From Lentisphaeria bacterium (GTDB lineage Bacteria; Verrucomicrobiota; Lentisphaeria; JABSQK01; JAWLHB01): 55,056 bases of DNA. The stretch is from NCBI GenBank assembly GCA_041690595.1, contig JAWLHB010000053.1, forward strand, positions 1-55,056, given 5' to 3'. The position numbers and the translations under genes were made by a program. The notes beneath the pieces were generated by a model that worked only from the letters and a program-made list of their open reading frames with translations, was not told the origin of the DNA and ran no database searches. Position 1 is the first letter of the stretch, and each line of letters starts with the position of its first letter. This document shows, piece by piece, positions 1 through 10,103 of this stretch.

Positions 1-400
1 CCCGCGCCCCCCGGGCACGCCACTCGCCTGAGTGGCACCGGCGTTGGACGTTGCCTTCTCCCAAACTCCATCATCCCTCCCGCGCCCCCTGGGCACGCCA
101 CTCGCCTGAGTGGCACTCTTGCGCTTCGCTTCACCCCAAAACCTCGGTCGAAAGCTCGGTCCAAAAGTTCCCCCTCCCGGGCACGCCACTCGCCTGAGTG
201 GCACCGGCGTTGGACGTCGCCCCTCCCCAATCTCCATCACTCCTCCCGCGCCCCCCGGGCACGCCACTCGCCTGAGTGGCACCGGCGTTGGACGTTGCCT
301 TCTCCCAAACTCCATCATCCCTCCCGCGCCCCCTGGGCACGCCCTGAGTGGCTTTCTTGCGCCTCGCTCCACCCCAAAACCTCGGTCGAAAGCTCGGTCG
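1..400 (+). repeat. REP/BIME-like array: 5 copies of GGGCAC-GCCACTC-GCCT-GAGTGGC hairpin unit (last copy internally deleted)
   Basis: Cores at 13-36, 91-114, 179-202, 257-280 and a degenerate copy at ~335-352. The 7-bp stem is GCCACTC/GAGTGGC. Bases ~1-160 recur at ~245-400, a higher-order duplication. Confidence 0.9.
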
Positions 401-410
401 TGACTGTTCG

Positions 411-470
411 TGTTCGTCCGTGTTCGTCCGTGTTCGTCCGTGTTCGTCCGTGTTCGTCCGTGTTCGTCCG
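411..470 (+). repeat. 10-bp tandem repeat (TGTTCGTCCG)x6
   Basis: Six perfect consecutive copies, with partial copies on both flanks. Confidence 0.95.
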
Positions 471-591
471 TGCCCATGATTATGTTTCGCCAATATATCA
501 TGCATAACCTAAAAGTCAAGCCGTGGCACGGCATATTTCTTCTCCCCTCGGTAACGCTCCTCCCATTCCCGAGCCCTCTCCTGCCTCACCC

Positions 592-1914
592 TCACTCAGC
601 AGCCGGTACCCCTTTGGCGTCTGTCTTCCCATAGCGACGCCAGATCTCCGCGAACTGCTTGTCCGGGAGCCAGTTGGCAGTCTCCCTATCTCCCTCGAAG
701 GTCGCATACGGCGCGATATCGAGATCCTGCTGACCGCCCAGGCTACGGTCATAGATAGCCCCAAGCCAACCATCGTCGATCACGACCGGCCTCAACGTTC
801 CATCGTCATTCAAGCGCACACGCATGGCCGCCTCGCAGAACGCCACGATGAAGGCCCACGTTGCGTTATGCCCTTTTTCGGCGGGGAAATGCCCCACGTT
901 TCCTTCCATCATCATCGCCACCGCCGCGTTTCGATCCTTGCGCAGATGCTTCACCGTCGCTTCTTGTCCTGCGTTGGCGAACTGGTCGAGGTGGCCATGC
1001 ATGACCAGGCCCGGCACCTTCTCCACCCCGGGAAACTGCAGATGATAGCTGGCGCCAGAATGATAGGAAATCCAGCCAATGACCCGCTCCGGACGCTGCG
1101 AGGGCAGAATGGTCGCGAAGCCCGTGCCGTTGGAATGCCCGAAGGTCAATACGGGGACAGTCGCCAGCTCCGGATGGCCCACCATCTTACCCAGCTTCTC
1201 AAGGTGCTCATCGATGATGTCAACTGGATGAAACCCACGTTGCAGCGGATCACCCAGAATTCCTACCAGCGCGATGTCGTGCCGCTCCGCAAAATCGCGC
1301 AGGATGGGATGGTCGATCGATCCCATCCCGTGGCGACTGATGAGGAAGGTGGCTTTCAGCCGTTCCGAATCCTTGGGCACATACGCGTGAAAGAAGGCTC
1401 GTTCCGTACGCCCATCCGTTTGCCTGTTGTCAATGCCCTCGAAGTACCTCTTCCATTGGGCATCGCCGATCAGCGTATACAGGGGCGGCGGTGGCCGTAC
1501 CGTATTGTGCGGCAGAGCGTTGTCCATGCTCAACCGCACACTGAAGCCCACATTGTCGTCGCCGATCGGGTTCGGCTCCAGCTTTTCCGCAACGGCCGTG
1601 TCAAAGAAGGTCAGATCGTCGATCTTGACCGTTCTCCCCTGGTAGCCATCCTTGTCCAGCTCAAGGGAGTCATACACGCCCGCCTTGTCCTTCTCCAGCG
1701 GCTGAGCGCTGGTGAACGAGAGCGAGAATCGGCCATCGCCGTCCGTCTCGGTTACCACCCCAGCCCGTTTCAACGCCACCCGCACGTCGGGAAGCAGATT
1801 GTCGCTGGTATCCATGATCAGCCCCTCGAGCGTATACTGCTCTTCCGCACCCACGGAAAGCAGCACCATCAACGCCATACAGACAAATCTGCCCATTCTA
1901 AGCCAATACGTCAC
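592..1914 (-). CDS. Secreted alpha/beta hydrolase with N-terminal carboxypeptidase-regulatory-like beta domain
   Basis: 440 aa ORF with signal peptide, TDGDGRFSL-type beta-sandwich motif, nucleophile elbow GHSNG, later MHGHLD and GH motifs. GAGG RBS before the GTG start. Confidence 0.75.
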   Translation of the reverse strand: MTYWLRMGRFVCMALMVLLSVGAEEQYTLEGLIMDTSDNLLPDVRVALKRAGVVTETDGDGRFSLSFTSAQPLEKDKAGVYDSLELDKDGYQGRTVKIDDLTFFDTAVAEKLEPNPIGDDNVGFSVRLSMDNALPHNTVRPPPPLYTLIGDAQWKRYFEGIDNRQTDGRTERAFFHAYVPKDSERLKATFLISRHGMGSIDHPILRDFAERHDIALVGILGDPLQRGFHPVDIIDEHLEKLGKMVGHPELATVPVLTFGHSNGTGFATILPSQRPERVIGWISYHSGASYHLQFPGVEKVPGLVMHGHLDQFANAGQEATVKHLRKDRNAAVAMMMEGNVGHFPAEKGHNATWAFIVAFCEAAMRVRLNDDGTLRPVVIDDGWLGAIYDRSLGGQQDLDIAPYATFEGDRETANWLPDKQFAEIWRRYGKTDAKGVPAAE

Positions 1915-2006
1915 GGTTCTACCTCATATCTGTTGTTCTGATGCCGACCCCAGAAACTTACCCAGATCCCCACGTTGTGCAAGCCACTCCGAGCATTGCC
2001 CTTTTC

Positions 2007-2070
2007 CCCGCGCCCCCTGGCACGCCACTCTCCCGAGTGGCCCCGGCGTTCGCCGTCGCCCCTTCCCCAA
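2007..2070 (+). repeat. Single REP-like copy (variant loop)
   Basis: GCCACTC-TCCC-GAGTGGC at 2024-2041, with the same CCCGCGCCCCCTGGCAC leader and CCGGCGTT trailer as the array at 1-400. Confidence 0.85.
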
Positions 2071-2254
2071 CGCCCCGGTCCCCCAGCCTCGCCTATTTCA
2101 TCGCAACCCGAACTTCGCACCGCCGCCTCGTCATTGCCGCACTGCTCGTCTGATCCGTCCGCCCCTCACCGCCACCGCCCCTCACCGCCACCGTCCAAAA
2201 AGATCCCCGGCGGCCACCTTCTGCGACCGCCGGGGATTCCATCATCTCTGCCGC

Positions 2255-5200
2255 TTACTTGCGGCTGACGCGCAGGCCCGCCACACCATGCTTGACCAGC
2301 GGCAGGCGGATCACGCCATCCACCACCGGCAGCCCGGCGCCCGTCTCGTAGTTCTCTACCGCCAGGTCGCCAGTCAGCCCAAGCGCTTCCGCATCGATCT
2401 TTACCTCGACCTCCACCTCCGCTTCGTCGTAGCTGCACAGGATGATGCGGCTCTCTTCGCCGGGAATGCTGTACGCGATCCAGCTGACATCGCCGCCGCC
2501 AACGGCAACCGGTTGCTCGCCGCGGTCGAAGTACCGGTACACCTTCACCGACGCATCGCGAAGGATCGGCAGCAGCGGATCCCGCAGCGTCTTCCAGACT
2601 GCTCCCGCGCCATTCGTCTGCAACTCATGGACCAGCGCCACGCCGCAGAAGGTGCGCTGCACCCACTCGTCAGTCGCCTGATCGCCGTGATCGTGCAGCG
2701 GTACCCCGATGATCCCGGCCAGCTCCCCGTTCGAGCAAAGCTGCAGGTACTCCCGCGAATGCCGATACTGCACATCTCCCGTCGAGTACTTCCATTCCCA
2801 GTCGTACTGCACCGTGGCAAAGCTGTGCATCGGCAGGATATTCGTTGACGTCATGTGTGGCATCGTGACCGGGATCATGCCAAGCTCGTTCATCATCACG
2901 AACGTCCGCTTGCACAGTTCCCGCATCCCCCACAGCCCCGTTGCCGGCGTCACGGCGCCAGGCTCGCCGTAAGCATCCGTCATCGTCCGGTTGAACGAGG
3001 GCCGCAGGTACCAGTTGTCCCAGTACACGCCCTGATTGCGGCCATACTCGAAGGACTTCTTGTACCACCACAGCGCAAAGTCGTTGTACGACTCGCTCGG
3101 CACGATCTTGATCTCGTGAATCTGCGGGCGGAATTCATGCTCCGGGTAATCCTCGAGCACCCATTCGTTCATGAAGGTCGCATACTCCTCTTCCACCTGC
3201 GTCACCGCGCGATTGTAGTAGAAGATCTGGAACTTTCCACGCCGCGAACCACCCACATTGTGCCTCACGTGGCGAATCCACGTATCCTCTCGCTCGTACG
3301 GCTCCACGTACGGCAATCCACGCTGGATCGTCGCCTCAATCTCCTCTTTCGGCACCTCCTCCACATTCGCCCGCGCGATCATCCGCCAGAAATGCACATC
3401 CTTGCCAGCAGGATAAACACAGCCGCAGATACCCGGCGCCGCCAGCCAGTTGATGCTGGTGCCCAACACGGTGCAGTTGTGGTCCCACCAGAAGGTGCGC
3501 CAGTTCGCGATGCGCGGCTTCACCGGCGCCGCCAGCAGCCCGAAAGTCAACGTCCGCGGCGCCTCGATCTTCGTCGGCGCGTTGATCAGGAAGACCCGCA
3601 GGGTCAGCACGCCATCCCGCCTCTCGATCTCCAGATTCGGCGTCTTCCGGTCCCAGCCCCAGTTCCGATCGTTCTCCGCAAACCAGGAGATCCCGCGCAG
3701 CGCATCACCAAGAAACAAGTACGAGCAGAAGCCATCCGGCATCAAGCCCGTCGTCAGCAGGCGGGAATGCCAGATCACCCCCTCGCCCTCCCGCAACCGA
3801 TCACTCGTCGGGCCTTGTCGGATTCCTTCCGTCATCGCGTGGACCATCGGCATCAGCTCGTCACGCAGCGGCACTTCCAGCACCAGCGATTCCACCAGCT
3901 CCTCGCCAGTCGGTTCCAGCGTCAGATCCACTCGCAGCGTGCCGTCGTAATCCCAGCTTCCCGCCAGGCTGCCGGCGATGCCGGGCCCCGTCAACCTGCT
4001 CTCCGTCCGCACCTGGTGCGCCGCCTGCTCCACCACCTTGTAGCCAGTCGCCGCCAGCGGCTGACCGCCTGCCTTGAGCACGATCGCTCCAGCCAGCAGC
4101 GCTTCGCCCGTGGCGACCACCTGCGCCGGAAGACCGCTGCCGTCAAGCGTATGCTCGCGCAGCACCGTCCGCAGGACTCCGTCCTCCAGCGTGATCGGTT
4201 CGAATGGCGGGTAAACGGTTGTGCTCTTGCCCAGATTGTTCCGTTCCCAGTCGTACCGTTTCCGCACGAAGGTCCGATGCAGAGGCTCTGCCGGCACCCC
4301 TTCGCCGCTCGCCGTCAGCTCGATCTCGAACTTCCCTTCCAGCTCCGGTACGTCGAAGCTATCCTCCTGCACCCCTTCCGCGTCAAAGCGATCGAAGCTG
4401 AACGTAGCGAGCGCCTCGGATTCCCACTGCTTGCGCAGGACCGCCGTCACCCGCTCCACCTGGGCTCCCTCCGGCATGCCGCCGATATCCACCTGCAGCC
4501 GCAGCTTTCGCAAGTACGGAAAATGTGCCACCTTGCACTCGATCGGCCGCTTGATCACCTTCACCGTATCCCAACGCTTCGTGCGTGGCTGAGCCCAGCT
4601 CACGCTGCGCTGGAACAACACCGCCTCCCCCGCTTGCACCCGTGCCGAAAGCTTGAAGGCATCGCTGTTGTGTTCCTCATGGTTCAGCGTCAACTCCCCG
4701 CTCTCTCCCGCGCCGAGCGTCAGCTCCTTGCTCACCGGTATCGCCGGCATGCTGTTTCGCTCCAGCTCGAACGCTGCCTCCACCTTCACCGCTTCCGCAC
4801 GGACATTCCGGCACGTCAGCACCGCCTGAATGTCCCGCGTGAAGGGATCCGTCGTAAACTGCTGCTGCACCACCACCGGCGTCGCCGCATCAAAAACGAA
4901 GCGCGTGTCCACGCCCTTGAAAGTGCCCGGTGCCGAACTCTGCACCCACGGTTGCTTCCAGTTCCGGCATACCGAGATACTCCACCGGCCATCCGTCGAC
5001 TTCCGACCCGCCGCCAGCTTCTCGATCGGTATTCGCACCTCCGTGATCCAGTCGCTCTCCGTAAAACCGTTCGCGATCTCCCAGCCGCCATTCCAGCCCG
5101 GCACATCCTTCCCACCGCCTACCGTATGGATCTGGTACACCCCCCGCCCAAGCGAGTTGAACAGCCCCTGGAAGTATTGGCGCGCCTCATCATCCGGCTG

Positions 5201-5539
5201 CGGGCTCACCCACACCTCGAACGACGAATCGAACACCACGTTGCTGATATTCTTCGTCTCATTTGTGAGCAGGCCGCTCTCCGGCGGCAGCTCGCTTTGC
5301 AGCGCGACGTAGAAGTCCGTCGCCGTCGCCCCAATCCAGACCCGGCAACGCCGCTCGTCGAGCGACTTCTTCGATGCCTGCATCATACCGTCGAAGCCGA
5401 CAGCCTCACGCCATTCATCTGCGGCCAGCTTGCCATCGAGGGAGGGAGGGGCGCTCATCAGGGGAACGCGGAATTCTTGGAGATCGGCTGCTTTCATGTT
5501 CATCGTCAAGACCAGCATCAGGATGATTAGGTTTCTCAT
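2255..5539 (-). CDS. Large secreted glycoside-hydrolase-like protein (CBM9-like N-terminus + DUF6067-like core), paralog 3
   Basis: 1094 aa with signal peptide and a PSLDGKLAADEW CBM9-like start. Shares LG..TVYPPFEP, GISWFAE, FGLLAAPVKP, GVYWDN and PHMT motifs with the two neighbouring paralogs. Confidence 0.7.
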   Translation of the reverse strand: MRNLIILMLVLTMNMKAADLQEFRVPLMSAPPSLDGKLAADEWREAVGFDGMMQASKKSLDERRCRVWIGATATDFYVALQSELPPESGLLTNETKNISNVVFDSSFEVWVSPQPDDEARQYFQGLFNSLGRGVYQIHTVGGGKDVPGWNGGWEIANGFTESDWITEVRIPIEKLAAGRKSTDGRWSISVCRNWKQPWVQSSAPGTFKGVDTRFVFDAATPVVVQQQFTTDPFTRDIQAVLTCRNVRAEAVKVEAAFELERNSMPAIPVSKELTLGAGESGELTLNHEEHNSDAFKLSARVQAGEAVLFQRSVSWAQPRTKRWDTVKVIKRPIECKVAHFPYLRKLRLQVDIGGMPEGAQVERVTAVLRKQWESEALATFSFDRFDAEGVQEDSFDVPELEGKFEIELTASGEGVPAEPLHRTFVRKRYDWERNNLGKSTTVYPPFEPITLEDGVLRTVLREHTLDGSGLPAQVVATGEALLAGAIVLKAGGQPLAATGYKVVEQAAHQVRTESRLTGPGIAGSLAGSWDYDGTLRVDLTLEPTGEELVESLVLEVPLRDELMPMVHAMTEGIRQGPTSDRLREGEGVIWHSRLLTTGLMPDGFCSYLFLGDALRGISWFAENDRNWGWDRKTPNLEIERRDGVLTLRVFLINAPTKIEAPRTLTFGLLAAPVKPRIANWRTFWWDHNCTVLGTSINWLAAPGICGCVYPAGKDVHFWRMIARANVEEVPKEEIEATIQRGLPYVEPYEREDTWIRHVRHNVGGSRRGKFQIFYYNRAVTQVEEEYATFMNEWVLEDYPEHEFRPQIHEIKIVPSESYNDFALWWYKKSFEYGRNQGVYWDNWYLRPSFNRTMTDAYGEPGAVTPATGLWGMRELCKRTFVMMNELGMIPVTMPHMTSTNILPMHSFATVQYDWEWKYSTGDVQYRHSREYLQLCSNGELAGIIGVPLHDHGDQATDEWVQRTFCGVALVHELQTNGAGAVWKTLRDPLLPILRDASVKVYRYFDRGEQPVAVGGGDVSWIAYSIPGEESRIILCSYDEAEVEVEVKIDAEALGLTGDLAVENYETGAGLPVVDGVIRLPLVKHGVAGLRVSRK

Positions 5540-5560
5540 TGCGAATAGGATTCTCTTGGT

Positions 5561-8500
5561 TTAGGGGGTGGGCGTTGGCGCCGCCGGCGTCGGCCGCCAG
5601 GCGACATCGTCGATATCGATATGGGAAAGACTCGTGCCGGCGAGCAGCCGCCACCACGACGACAGCGTAAAGCTGCCATGCCGCGAGCTCTCGTCGACGC
5701 CTGAAAAAACTACCGTCTCGTCAATCAGAATCGTTTGGCTGGCGCCATCCAGCACCAGCGTCAGCGTATGCCATTCCGCATCGACGCCGCCAAGCTCGGG
5801 ATGCTTCGCCGAGCGCCCGTGATCGAGTGCATGCGTCCGGCTCACCTCCACCTCCGCAAACTCCCGCCTGGCCCCAGGCGCCATGATGCTCACCGGCGAT
5901 ACCGCCCATGTTGGCACTCCATCGCGGTTGTCCACATCCAGCCGGAAGGCATACCCGAAGCGTTCCGCCTTCTTCTCCTCCGCCTCCACCGTATGATCCC
6001 GATACGTGATATGGAGCAGGCCATTCCGGTCACTCCCCTCCGGCACCGCCGACAGCCGGAACCGCAGACTTAGCCTCCCGTTCCGCATCTCAGGCACAAG
6101 ATCCGCTTCCGGCTGAAGCACACTCGGCCGCTTTCCGGCTCCCAGGCGCACCACCGCGTTGCCCTCCTCATCCTCCACGATCTCGATCGCCTCGCCGCTC
6201 AGCCGGAATGCCATCGCTACCCCAGGCTCCCCATCCAGCCACAGCGTCGTCTCCCGCGGTGGCGGGCTCGGCAGCGTCGTCGCATCCCGATCCGCCAGAA
6301 ACATCCGCGTCCCATAAGCTCCCGCCAGCTCGACGCCCGCCCCCGCCTCCAGCCGCTCCCGTGTCTCGACATCCATCAGAACGCAGGACTCCGGCAACGC
6401 CACCTCCGACCTCACCGGCTCCGCTCCATAATTCTGCAGGATCAGCAGGTAACGCGGACTCGCTGCCCGCTCCAGCAGCAGCCATTTCACCGTCCGCGGT
6501 TCGACCTTCGCTGCCGCGTCCGCCGCCCAGTAAGTGTGGACCGTGACCCCCTCTTCTCCATAGCCGAACCGCTTCAGGACCTGCTGGTACTTCAACGCAA
6601 GTCGCCCTGGATTCTCTCCCCAAAGCATGTCACCGCGCACCTCGTGCACCCGCGACATCCCCCAGTTCGACAGGATCTCCCGCGGCGGCTGCTTGTTGAA
6701 GTGGTGACGCGAACCGCCAAGCAGATTGTCGAGCGCCAGCGGAATCGCCCCCACCGTGCGGCTCAGCGTAACCGTGCGCGTATACTCCGGCGGCCATGGA
6801 AGCTGATTCCCTTCCGCATCCTTGCGCGCCCGCTGTTCCAGATCCAGCGTCGCCGTCGCCCACGTATTGAATGGCAGTGTCTGCGTATTCGTCATGTGCA
6901 GCGTGAAGTCGATCGGCCACGGCGCCCCATTACGATTCCACCATTGCGCCAGCTTCCAGATGCGCCGGTAGTACTCCCGCTGGCCGAACAGCGGATGCGC
7001 AAAACGCAGCACGCCATCCTCCGACGTGTACGCACGCGTCCAGCGCGCGTTGTAGCTGCGCTTCGGATTCGTGTTGTCGAAGTAGAGGCTCACCCCCCGC
7101 TTCATCCACTCGTTCGCATAGTACAGCGCAAAGTCGTGGTAGCTCCCCTGCGATACCCCCCAGCTGCTCGGCTTCTCCTGAAACCGGTTGAACTCCACCG
7201 GCCCCCATTCGTCCTGGTAGACCTGAAATTCCGGATAAAGCGCATCCGTCGCATGCTCCTCGAAATATGTTCCCGCCGCCTCCCGGCTCTGCGCCGCCCG
7301 ACCGGCAAAGTGCAGCACCGACGTCAGCCACGGCCAGCTCCCGTTTACCTTCCGCTCCGGATACTCCCGCTCCTTGTCCCGCTCCTCGAACCAAGCCTGG
7401 TCCACCGTCCCCGTCCGCCGTGCCTCCTGGATCTTGTCCACGATTGTGAAGTCCCGCTTGTCCGGATACTTGCTGGCGCATAGATAGCCACCCCAGCAGT
7501 TCACCGGGCCGATCCCGCTCGCCACATGCCGCGTGCGCCAACCTTCCTCCATCGGCTTCCCTGGACTTGCCATCAGCCCGAACTCGATCTCCCGAGCCGC
7601 ATCGATAACCGTCGGCGATTGCACCAACGCCACCCGCAGCACCACCCGTTCCCCCTCGCGCCAGAGCTGCTGCACGGGCTGCCGATAATCCACTACGTAC
7701 CCTTTCGCATTCTCCCCGAACCAGGCCAGCCCCCGCGCCTCATCACCCAGCCACACATACTGCACGAACGGCCACACATCCGCCACATGCTGATTCCGCC
7801 AGTACTTCACCTGGCTGCTCTCCCAGATCAGCCCCGACGTCGGATCCCCTTCCCCCGCGCTCCAGACGACCGGGCACCAGAACTGGCTCTCGATGTCCCA
7901 TTGCGCATGAGCTGGCGGCAGGCGGCCCGCATAGTTGTGGCGCATCGAGTTGTCCCCGATCCAGTGCAGGTACGGCACCGCTTCCAGCCGGTACGGTATC
8001 TCGATCCACAACCGCTTTATCTCCAGCCCCTCCGCGCCCGGCAGCAGCCGCATCTTCACCCGCGCGCAGCCGTCCTCCTGGATCGTCGTCCGGGTCGTTA
8101 TCCCCAACGCTCCGCTCACCATGCTCGTCTCGAATACCGCTTCATCCGCATGCTCCGCTCGCCCGGCGACACTGCCTTCCTCCCAGATCATGCGCTTGCC
8201 GTCCGCTCCCTCTCCCGCCACCACGATCGGTCCATCGAGCAGTTCCCGCCCCAGGCTGATCACGCTGTCGAAAAGGCCAAAACCATTGACCGTATAACGG
8301 CGATCCACCACCGTCACCTCACGCCCCGCCACCCGCACCGGCTCGAACGGCGGGTAGACTGTACGATCTTCCCCCAGCGTATTCCCTTCCCAGCCGAAGG
8401 TGATCCGTTCGAACTGCTTCGGCGAACGCACCCGCTTGCTCCCGATCACATACTCCACCGCGTACTTCCCATCCGGCAGCTCCGGCAGCTCGATCGAGTC

Positions 8501-9493
8501 CTGACCGCGCCCGTTGAGGTCCAGCGCGATGCGGCCCCGCGCCACCACCGTCCCCCCATTCATCGCCATCACCTCGATCCCCAATTCCTCCACGACCTCA
8601 CCTGCTACCCGATACTCCCCTATGTCCGCCGCCACCTCCAACTCATTCGCCGATGGATAATATGCAAACGGAAGCAGCGGCGCCATGCGGCTGATATGGC
8701 TCGTCGACAACCTGAACCGGCCCTCCAGATAACGCTGCACCGTCTGCCGCGCCACCTCGTCCAACACCCCGTTGTAGACCAGCACCTCCGCCACATCGCC
8801 GATGTAGCCGTAGCGATAATCCTGTGCCCGCGCCCCCAGGCAAAGCTCCATCGTGCCCGCGAGCGGCTCTGTTCGCGCTCCCTGCGCCATCACCAGGTTG
8901 TTCTCGCGCAGCGTCACCTGCCCACTGTCCGCCCCGAAACTCACACTCACTACCTTGAACCCTTGTCCTTGCAGGTTCACGCCACTCGACACCAACCCCT
9001 CCGTCGCCAGACGGCCGCTCTTTCTGCTGTGGCTCAGATACAGCGAGTTCGGCGAAAAGTAACTGGGGCCATACCCCAGCAGGTGGCTCAGGTAGCCAGG
9101 CTCGTTCAAGCGGGCCACCGCGATCAACGTCAGCCCCTTCTCGGGCTTGATCGACAGACCCTTCATGCTCAGATACTGCCCCGCCGCATCGTCCCCCGCA
9201 AAGCGCATCGCCGGCAGGCCCCCCGCGGCATCCGCCACCACCTCCGGGCGCCGCCCCTCATTCCCCTGTGTCAGGTGATTCTCCCCGCTGCTGCCGTCCC
9301 GCCACGCCGCGACGCGCCCACTATCGTCAAACTCCAAACCCTCACCCGCCCGATACCAGCCGATCAGCCCTTCGATCTGCGAAGGCAGTCCCGCGGCACC
9401 GCCCGTCGTCTGGTCTTCGGCTGTATAGAGGGGCTCTTCCGCAAAGCAAACCAGCATCAGCAGGCTGCTCAACACCAGAATCAGGCATCTCAT
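5561..9493 (-). CDS. Large secreted glycoside-hydrolase-like protein (LamG-like N-terminus + DUF6067-like core + C-terminal beta domain), paralog 2
   Basis: Start reassigned to MRCLILVL (signal peptide). LIGWYRA...GDVAEVLVYNGVL...YLEGRF resembles a LamG/ConA-like module. Core motifs VYPPFEP, GLAWFGE, FGLMASPGKP, LYFDN, LHMT. Confidence 0.7.
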   Translation of the reverse strand: MRCLILVLSSLLMLVCFAEEPLYTAEDQTTGGAAGLPSQIEGLIGWYRAGEGLEFDDSGRVAAWRDGSSGENHLTQGNEGRRPEVVADAAGGLPAMRFAGDDAAGQYLSMKGLSIKPEKGLTLIAVARLNEPGYLSHLLGYGPSYFSPNSLYLSHSRKSGRLATEGLVSSGVNLQGQGFKVVSVSFGADSGQVTLRENNLVMAQGARTEPLAGTMELCLGARAQDYRYGYIGDVAEVLVYNGVLDEVARQTVQRYLEGRFRLSTSHISRMAPLLPFAYYPSANELEVAADIGEYRVAGEVVEELGIEVMAMNGGTVVARGRIALDLNGRGQDSIELPELPDGKYAVEYVIGSKRVRSPKQFERITFGWEGNTLGEDRTVYPPFEPVRVAGREVTVVDRRYTVNGFGLFDSVISLGRELLDGPIVVAGEGADGKRMIWEEGSVAGRAEHADEAVFETSMVSGALGITTRTTIQEDGCARVKMRLLPGAEGLEIKRLWIEIPYRLEAVPYLHWIGDNSMRHNYAGRLPPAHAQWDIESQFWCPVVWSAGEGDPTSGLIWESSQVKYWRNQHVADVWPFVQYVWLGDEARGLAWFGENAKGYVVDYRQPVQQLWREGERVVLRVALVQSPTVIDAAREIEFGLMASPGKPMEEGWRTRHVASGIGPVNCWGGYLCASKYPDKRDFTIVDKIQEARRTGTVDQAWFEERDKEREYPERKVNGSWPWLTSVLHFAGRAAQSREAAGTYFEEHATDALYPEFQVYQDEWGPVEFNRFQEKPSSWGVSQGSYHDFALYYANEWMKRGVSLYFDNTNPKRSYNARWTRAYTSEDGVLRFAHPLFGQREYYRRIWKLAQWWNRNGAPWPIDFTLHMTNTQTLPFNTWATATLDLEQRARKDAEGNQLPWPPEYTRTVTLSRTVGAIPLALDNLLGGSRHHFNKQPPREILSNWGMSRVHEVRGDMLWGENPGRLALKYQQVLKRFGYGEEGVTVHTYWAADAAAKVEPRTVKWLLLERAASPRYLLILQNYGAEPVRSEVALPESCVLMDVETRERLEAGAGVELAGAYGTRMFLADRDATTLPSPPPRETTLWLDGEPGVAMAFRLSGEAIEIVEDEEGNAVVRLGAGKRPSVLQPEADLVPEMRNGRLSLRFRLSAVPEGSDRNGLLHITYRDHTVEAEEKKAERFGYAFRLDVDNRDGVPTWAVSPVSIMAPGARREFAEVEVSRTHALDHGRSAKHPELGGVDAEWHTLTLVLDGASQTILIDETVVFSGVDESSRHGSFTLSSWWRLLAGTSLSHIDIDDVAWRPTPAAPTPTP

Positions 9494-9522
9494 GAAGCTT
9501 CCTTTGGGTTCTTTTGGATCTC

Positions 9523-10092
9523 TCACCATCTCGCCTCCAGCTCGCCCAGCCCGGCCTCCAGCCACCCCGATTCCCAGTGATGCCGCATATCGGGTCGCGC
9601 CAGGAACCGGTGCGTGATCTTCCTGCCTCGCAAAGCCATCGCCATCGCCACCATCTCGTCATGAAAAGAACGCCCCGAAATCAGCACCAGCCGGTGCGAT
9701 TCCGGCACCGCCTTCTCGAAGGCATCGATCGTCCGCGACGGCAGATCCTCCTGCCAGCTTGCCGTGTCCGGATAGAACGGGCTCGTCCCCCAGGGCGGCA
9801 CCTCTTCCCGCACCATCGGTGCATCGAAGATTACCGTCGCCGCCACGCAATCCGGGATCGTCCGTGCGATCGTCCACGCGCCAAGGCCCGATTTGCTGAA
9901 GCCCACCAGCACCACCGGCTCATCGCCAAAACCCCGGATCTGCCGGATCGCCTCGTCGCAGACGCTCCGGTTGTACCAGACCAGCTTCGGGAAGACTACC
10001 TGCATGACATCATACCCGGCGATCTGGACCGGCATCTCGCCGTACGTCCGATCGCCGGGCTCTGTCGCCGGCAGCATGACTAATCTCGGCAT
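9523..10092 (-). CDS. Small alpha/beta hydrolase (esterase-like)
   Basis: 189 aa with a VLVGFSKSG nucleophile motif and C-terminal HHW; co-oriented within the operon. Confidence 0.7.
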   Translation of the reverse strand: MPRLVMLPATEPGDRTYGEMPVQIAGYDVMQVVFPKLVWYNRSVCDEAIRQIRGFGDEPVVLVGFSKSGLGAWTIARTIPDCVAATVIFDAPMVREEVPPWGTSPFYPDTASWQEDLPSRTIDAFEKAVPESHRLVLISGRSFHDEMVAMAMALRGRKITHRFLARPDMRHHWESGWLEAGLGELEARW

Positions 10093-10103
10093 CTTCGGTC
10101 CGC

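Noticed and set aside
1..400. CRISPR array
   Set aside because: The intervening sequences are copies of each other rather than unique spacers, the same unit is dispersed singly elsewhere, and no cas genes are present.
523..540. Sigma54-like TGGCACG
   Set aside because: No GC at the -12 position and no downstream + strand gene.
110..773. Short ORFs over the repeat array (110-403, 131-505, 295-507, 410-634, 516-773)
   Set aside because: Their translations just mirror the DNA repeats or lie in another frame of the hydrolase gene; no RBS or family motif.
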